A stretch of 27,771 bases of DNA. It comes from Octopus sinensis (Eukaryota). The stretch's first letter is position 1. Each line of letters starts with the position of its first letter. The position numbers were made by a program, and so were the translations under genes. Below, piece after piece: positions 22,620 to 27,771 of the stretch. The DNA lies in assembly GCF_006345805.1 (NCBI RefSeq), contig NW_021827568.1:1-27771 (forward strand), read 5' to 3'. A model generated the notes under the pieces. The model did not search any database, had not been told where the DNA came from, and was given only the letters and a program-made list of their open reading frames with translations.

Positions 22620-23070
22620 TAACGTCATCATCGTCGCCATTGTTATCTTCATGTTTGTCGACGATATCGCCATCTTTATGATGCTGTTCATTATCAGGAT
22701 CGTTATCATTACCTTTTCATCATCAATGACATCGTCAGCGTCGATGACGATGACGATGATGATGATGATGACGATAGCAATAAATATTTTCGGCAAAATA
22801 TATATTCGAGTCCCATCTTCGTTATCGTTATCATTATAGATACGGTCATAAATACCTACAGCTTCATTATCACCATCGTCAGCATCGATGTCGTCGACGT
22901 TGTCTTCATCTTCATCATCCTCATTATCAGAATTGTTGTCACCGTCGTCATCGTCTTCATCATCATCATCATCATCATCATCATTATTACCACTGTCCCC
23001 ATCCACGACTTCAGTATCATCAACAGCAGCGGCAGTAGCGTCGTCTTCAGCTTCTTAGCCTCCGCCACCG
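22620..23070. repeat. Degenerate (CAT/CGT)n array with an internal (GAT)n block
   Basis: Directly visible; source of the poly-Asp, poly-Met and poly-Ile ORFs. Confidence 0.9.
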
Positions 23071-23081
23071 CAAACAGAAAG

Positions 23082-23084
<3 letters not shown>

Positions 23085-23128
<44 letters not shown>

Positions 23129-23139
23129 GTATATATGTG

Positions 23140-23212
<73 letters not shown>

Positions 23213-23262
23213 TACATATATATAATAATATTTATGTATGTATGTATGTATTATATATATAT

Positions 23263-23294
<32 letters not shown>

Positions 23295-23411
23295 GAGTGT
23301 GTGTGTGTGAGTGCAAAGGTATATATATATATATATATATTTGTATATGTGTGTATGTATGTATGTGTGCATATATGTTTATATGATTGACTGTATGTAC
23401 AACGTAATATG

Positions 23412-23453
<42 letters not shown>

Positions 23454-23601
23454 TTTGTGTGTGTGTATGTATATATGTATGTATGTATCTATATAGATAT
23501 AGATAGATAGGGAGATAGATAAATATAGTTAAATGCATCTATATATTCTCCGTTTATGCTTGTTTCATATGTATGTATATATGTATATGTATGTATGTAT
23601 G

Positions 23602-23683
<82 letters not shown>

Positions 23684-23700
23684 ATATATATATATATATT
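23085..23700. repeat. Compound TA/TATG/GT/GATA microsatellite cluster
   Basis: Directly visible. Confidence 0.9.
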
Positions 23701-25289
23701 GTTATTTTAACAATATCACATCAATATTATTTTTTAAAAGGTTATTTATCTTGTTTACGTTCCTGACGTTTATTTTTGCCGGATTTGCCTCGGATTTTTG
23801 TCAATGATATTATTGACATTTTTCATTTACTTTTTATTAATTGTTTCTTTAGACTTTTTTTGTTCGATCCGACTTTTTTTTCTTTTCTGTAACAACAAGA
23901 AAAAGACGAATTTTTCACTGCGTTGTTTCGAATCATAGAGGCAATTATTTGAAAGCCAAACAGCCCCAAATACTAGTAATAATAGTAATAATAATAACAA
24001 TGTGCATGATGACGATTATGATGATAAGCATCATCATCATCATCATCATCATCATCATAATGTTAAAATTTTAAAACACAACGAAAATATTTGAAAGGAT
24101 AAACATAAAAAATCGTATTATTGCAAGGTAAAAAAAATAAACGATAGAAAAAAATGAAAAAAAAGCAATGTGAGACTTTACAAAAATTATATAAAGTAAG
24201 TGAAAAATGAAGTTGAAGAATGGTCGATAGAAGAATGATTTTGGTTGCAGGGTAACAAGTAGGATGTACGTAATGTAAGTACGCCATTTTAATTTCCGAT
24301 ATATTTGTTTAAGAGTATATATTTTTTCTATTATTGCATGCAATATCTATCCTTCGTTTGAATATCTAGAGAGTCGCTTCTTTTTTTCTCTTTCTATATC
24401 TCTCATTCTCTATCTTTTTCTCGCCGTTATATATATATATACATACATATATATATATATTCAACGTCAAAATGGATACAAAATTCTTTAAATGCAAAAT
24501 ATAAGATTCGTTTCTGCACCAGACACCAGTTTGAAATTGCTGAGTTTACGTTCAAACATCATGAATTTGACTGTGTGTCTGTATGTATATATAGATAGAT
24601 AGACAGATAGACATATAGATAGAGACATAGAGAGGTAAATAGATAGGTAGGTATATATATATATATAATATATATTATATTAATATATATATTATATTAT
24701 ATATATATATAATATTATATATATATATATATATACATATATACATATAGATAGATAGATATACATATATACATATATATATATATACCTATATATATAT
24801 ATTATTTTATTATTATTATTATATTATATTATATTATATTATATTATATTATACATATGTACATATAAACACATTCATTTATACAGAAATAAGCACCCAC
24901 ATCCATGTATTTTGTGTGTGTGTGTGTGTGTGCGCGTATGAGTGTGCAGATATATTTATGAGTGTGTGTGCGTCTATGGCAGCTGCCTCAGAAGGCATTT
25001 GAAGCTTTCTTTTATGTACATGGACTGTCTTTCTTTGTCTTTGTTTTTTATTCTTACGTATTTTTCGCAATTAAGAAACAAATGATGAAAATGGTGACAA
25101 CGCGGAGGAAATTATTCTGTTGAAATGAAAATAATCGATACTGTAACGATACATCAATGACTGATACTGCAAAGATGCATAATTGTTCGCCGATTATAAT
25201 GATGCTGTTTCTCCTGAAGTATTGAATATCTCTTATTTGCAGATTTTAGAGGCTACCATTTTTTTTTTACCCCTTTGAATTTTTGAAAA

Positions 25290-26200
25290 ATTACTGCGGA
25301 CCATTACGGTATCGAATTATTTTTTTTCACATGTCCTGCAATGTCACTGCAGGTCTTCAAGAAAGCCTTTGTTTTCGTTGCGCATTCATTTCAGATCCTC
25401 ATTTCACATCTGTTAAGAATTTATCCCAGATCTCGAATTATTGTTATCATTCCATTAGGGTGATAATTTTCGCCAATATTCTCGAGTAACTTGAAGGCCG
25501 AATGTATTTTAAGGATCCATGGCAAGGACGGTGTGTTAGTAATATCCAAAGAATCATCAGCAAAAATATATGTCTTTATCTTGACGGGCACTGGCAACCA
25601 ATAGACCAATAATGAATATATTTTCCGTGGTACCATGAACACCAAGGAAACAAATCTCACTTTCTTGCTACCAAAACCTGTAAAATAGCAGAATAGGCTG
25701 CCTTGCAGTGTACCGTGCTTTAGTGTACCATATCTATGAAACCTACTATTCACCAACATAAACGTGAAATGGTGTTATTTTCAAAATAGCTGTTGTTATA
25801 TTGATTTCAGTGTAGTTAAGCTGAGTCGTTGGAATTTTCGATGAGGGATGCATTGTTGATTCCATCCCTTTATTCAAGTATTCACTATATCAGGATGAAT
25901 CTGTTCTGCTTGATGCATAGAATCTTCTGGAATGCCATTATTATGCATGAACCGAAGTTATTATGGTTTGAATAGTTCAAAGCATTTAAGTAGTACAGCA
26001 ATAATAACCACAAGACACATGGGTGTTTGGGATACACAATTGATGATCTATGGACTACAATACAGATCATTAATCTTCAGCAATATAAAGAATTCCGCCT
26101 TCTCATTGAAACGTCTTTCGCCATTGATTATCAAGCATTCGGAAATTATCCTGAAACTTCCTCATACGAAGAAATTGCAGAAGGAAGGATTCGCAGTGGC
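25290..26200 (-). pseudogene. Decayed CR1/Jockey-like non-LTR reverse transcriptase
   Basis: Minus strand in order: SG*FPNA* (~26145), NNGIP, then within ORF 25421..25759 GTLQGS, LPVPVKIKTYIFADD and IIRDLG, matching RT motifs QGS, (Y/F)ADD and KDLG. Confidence 0.55.
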
Positions 26201-26829
26201 TGCCTTTCAGAGCATACTCACTTCCTATGGTACTCTCAGATTTACATTCAGCACAGACAGTATAAGGTTCCCATATTTCAAATTCAAAAATTAATATTCC
26301 CTTCGGTCATTCGTAGATTTTGATACAGATATATATGAGTCAATGTTTGTAGCCGACAAATAATAAAATAATCTAAGAGTACACGAGTCTGGGGAATACT
26401 CCAACAGTCTTCACGTGAATTCAGAAGTAATTAAAATGGTTACCGATTTACCGAATCGTCGTCGTCGATGTGCGAAGAATCACCGATAAACTCACACACA
26501 AAGTAAAGATATAAATGACGGAATGAATAAAAAAAACAAGAAACAAGAACATTTATTCGAATATGAAATTCTTTAGATTATAAGTACACGAGGAGAAATG
26601 TCACAAAAATTTAGAAATAATTGTGCAAATATATGCGTCTCGGCGACATTACTGATGCGTATGTATTTATACGTATGTATGTAAACATGAGATATGCATA
26701 GATATATATGTGTGTGTTCGTGGTTAAAATCACAAGTTCCTTAATTCATTCTGTTATTGACCCTCATTCTTCAATGACAACAACCTTGGAGCCGTTTATT
26801 AGAGGCGCGTGCGTTTGTTTGCATGCAGG

Positions 26830-26995
26830 TATATATATACATATATGTATGTATGCATGTATATATCTTCGATCTATCTATTTATCTATAAGTATATATA
26901 TATACACACACATATATAACATATATACATATATATATGTATGTATTTATAAATGTGTATGTATACATATATACATGAGTACACACACACACACA

Positions 26996-27038
<43 letters not shown>

Positions 27039-27095
27039 TGTAATCTTAGATTATGTGTATAATATATATATATATATACGCGTGTACTCTTAGAT

Positions 27096-27132
<37 letters not shown>

Positions 27133-27186
27133 TCTTGTACTCTTCGATTATGTGTATATATATAATATATATGCGTGTATATATAC

Positions 27187-27221
<35 letters not shown>

Positions 27222-27310
27222 TCTATATATATATATATATGCATATATATACACATACATACCTATATAGATGATATATAAATATAAGTATATGTATGTG
27301 TGCGTGTGTG
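26830..27310. repeat. TA-rich compound microsatellite with embedded minisatellite
   Basis: Directly visible. Confidence 0.88.
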
Positions 27311-27771
27311 CACACGTATGTGTGTGTTTATGGGTGTTTGTGCGCGAAGATATATATATTCAAATCTTGATTAAATTAACCAATTCTTTTATTGAGCAAA
27401 AGTTCAAATTGCTAGCAACCTTGCGGGCGACTTTATGTGTTTTTTTTGTTTCTTTCTTTTTGTTTCAGTGTAGGCGAGATTTTCCTAGCTTAATGGAATT
27501 CTAAAGGTTATCTTTGTTATATTCCTCTAAGTTATATGGATTCGGTAAAGTGCCAAGTCTTGGAATATTAATTGTTTGGGTGAATTTCACAACACAATAA
27601 GATTAACACTTATATGTATATATATATAAAGAGAGAGAGAAAGAGAGATACGTGGATACATAGACAGATGGAGAGACAGACAGAGACAGACAGACAGACA
27701 GATAGATATATACATATAATATATTTATGTATTTAAATGCATGCACATAAACAAATATATATGTATATATA

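Noticed and set aside
22178-23068. Poly-Val and poly-Asp ORFs, and a poly-Thr plus-strand frame resembling mucin or acidic biomineral proteins
   Set aside because: Fully explained by the (CTA)n and (CAT)n arrays; no signal peptide, unique domain or exon boundaries.
25932-26323. Two overlapping plus-strand ORFs (120 aa and 98 aa)
   Set aside because: No recognisable motif; they lie antisense to the decayed RT remnant and are best read as shadow ORFs.
26385-26440. Minus-strand GTGAAGA-CTG..CAG hairpin
   Set aside because: Lacks the GAAA box and stem I; at most a decayed repeat.
53-27504. Most ORF-track entries (YI, CV, HT, YLSI repeats)
   Set aside because: They are translations of stop-free di- and tetranucleotide microsatellites, with no domain content or splice context.
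1-27771. CRISPR array, rRNA, prokaryotic operon or viral genes
   Set aside because: No regularly spaced repeats with unique spacers, no rRNA-like segment and no gene-dense coding region.

Overview
AT-rich, microsatellite-saturated, non-coding eukaryotic DNA. Repeat content (tRNA-derived SINEs, long TA/GT/GATA/CTA/CAT tracts) resembles octopus/coleoid genomes as I recall them; the taxon is an inference. No host protein-coding gene is supported: ORF-track entries are microsatellite read-throughs, SINE antisense or decayed retrotransposon frames. Supported features are three SINEs with clean 9-14 bp target-site duplications, several SINE fragments, decayed LINE remnants (RTE-like, CR1-like), and weak mariner-like and Penelope-like remnants. 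The most interesting signals are four degenerate minimal type I hammerhead-ribozyme motifs from three unrelated repeat families, two of them forming an inverted pair with an expanded (TA)n-containing loop 2, and a young-looking SINE sitting exactly between two ~270-bp direct repeats (giant TSD or haplotype artefact). All were read by eye and none was computed.
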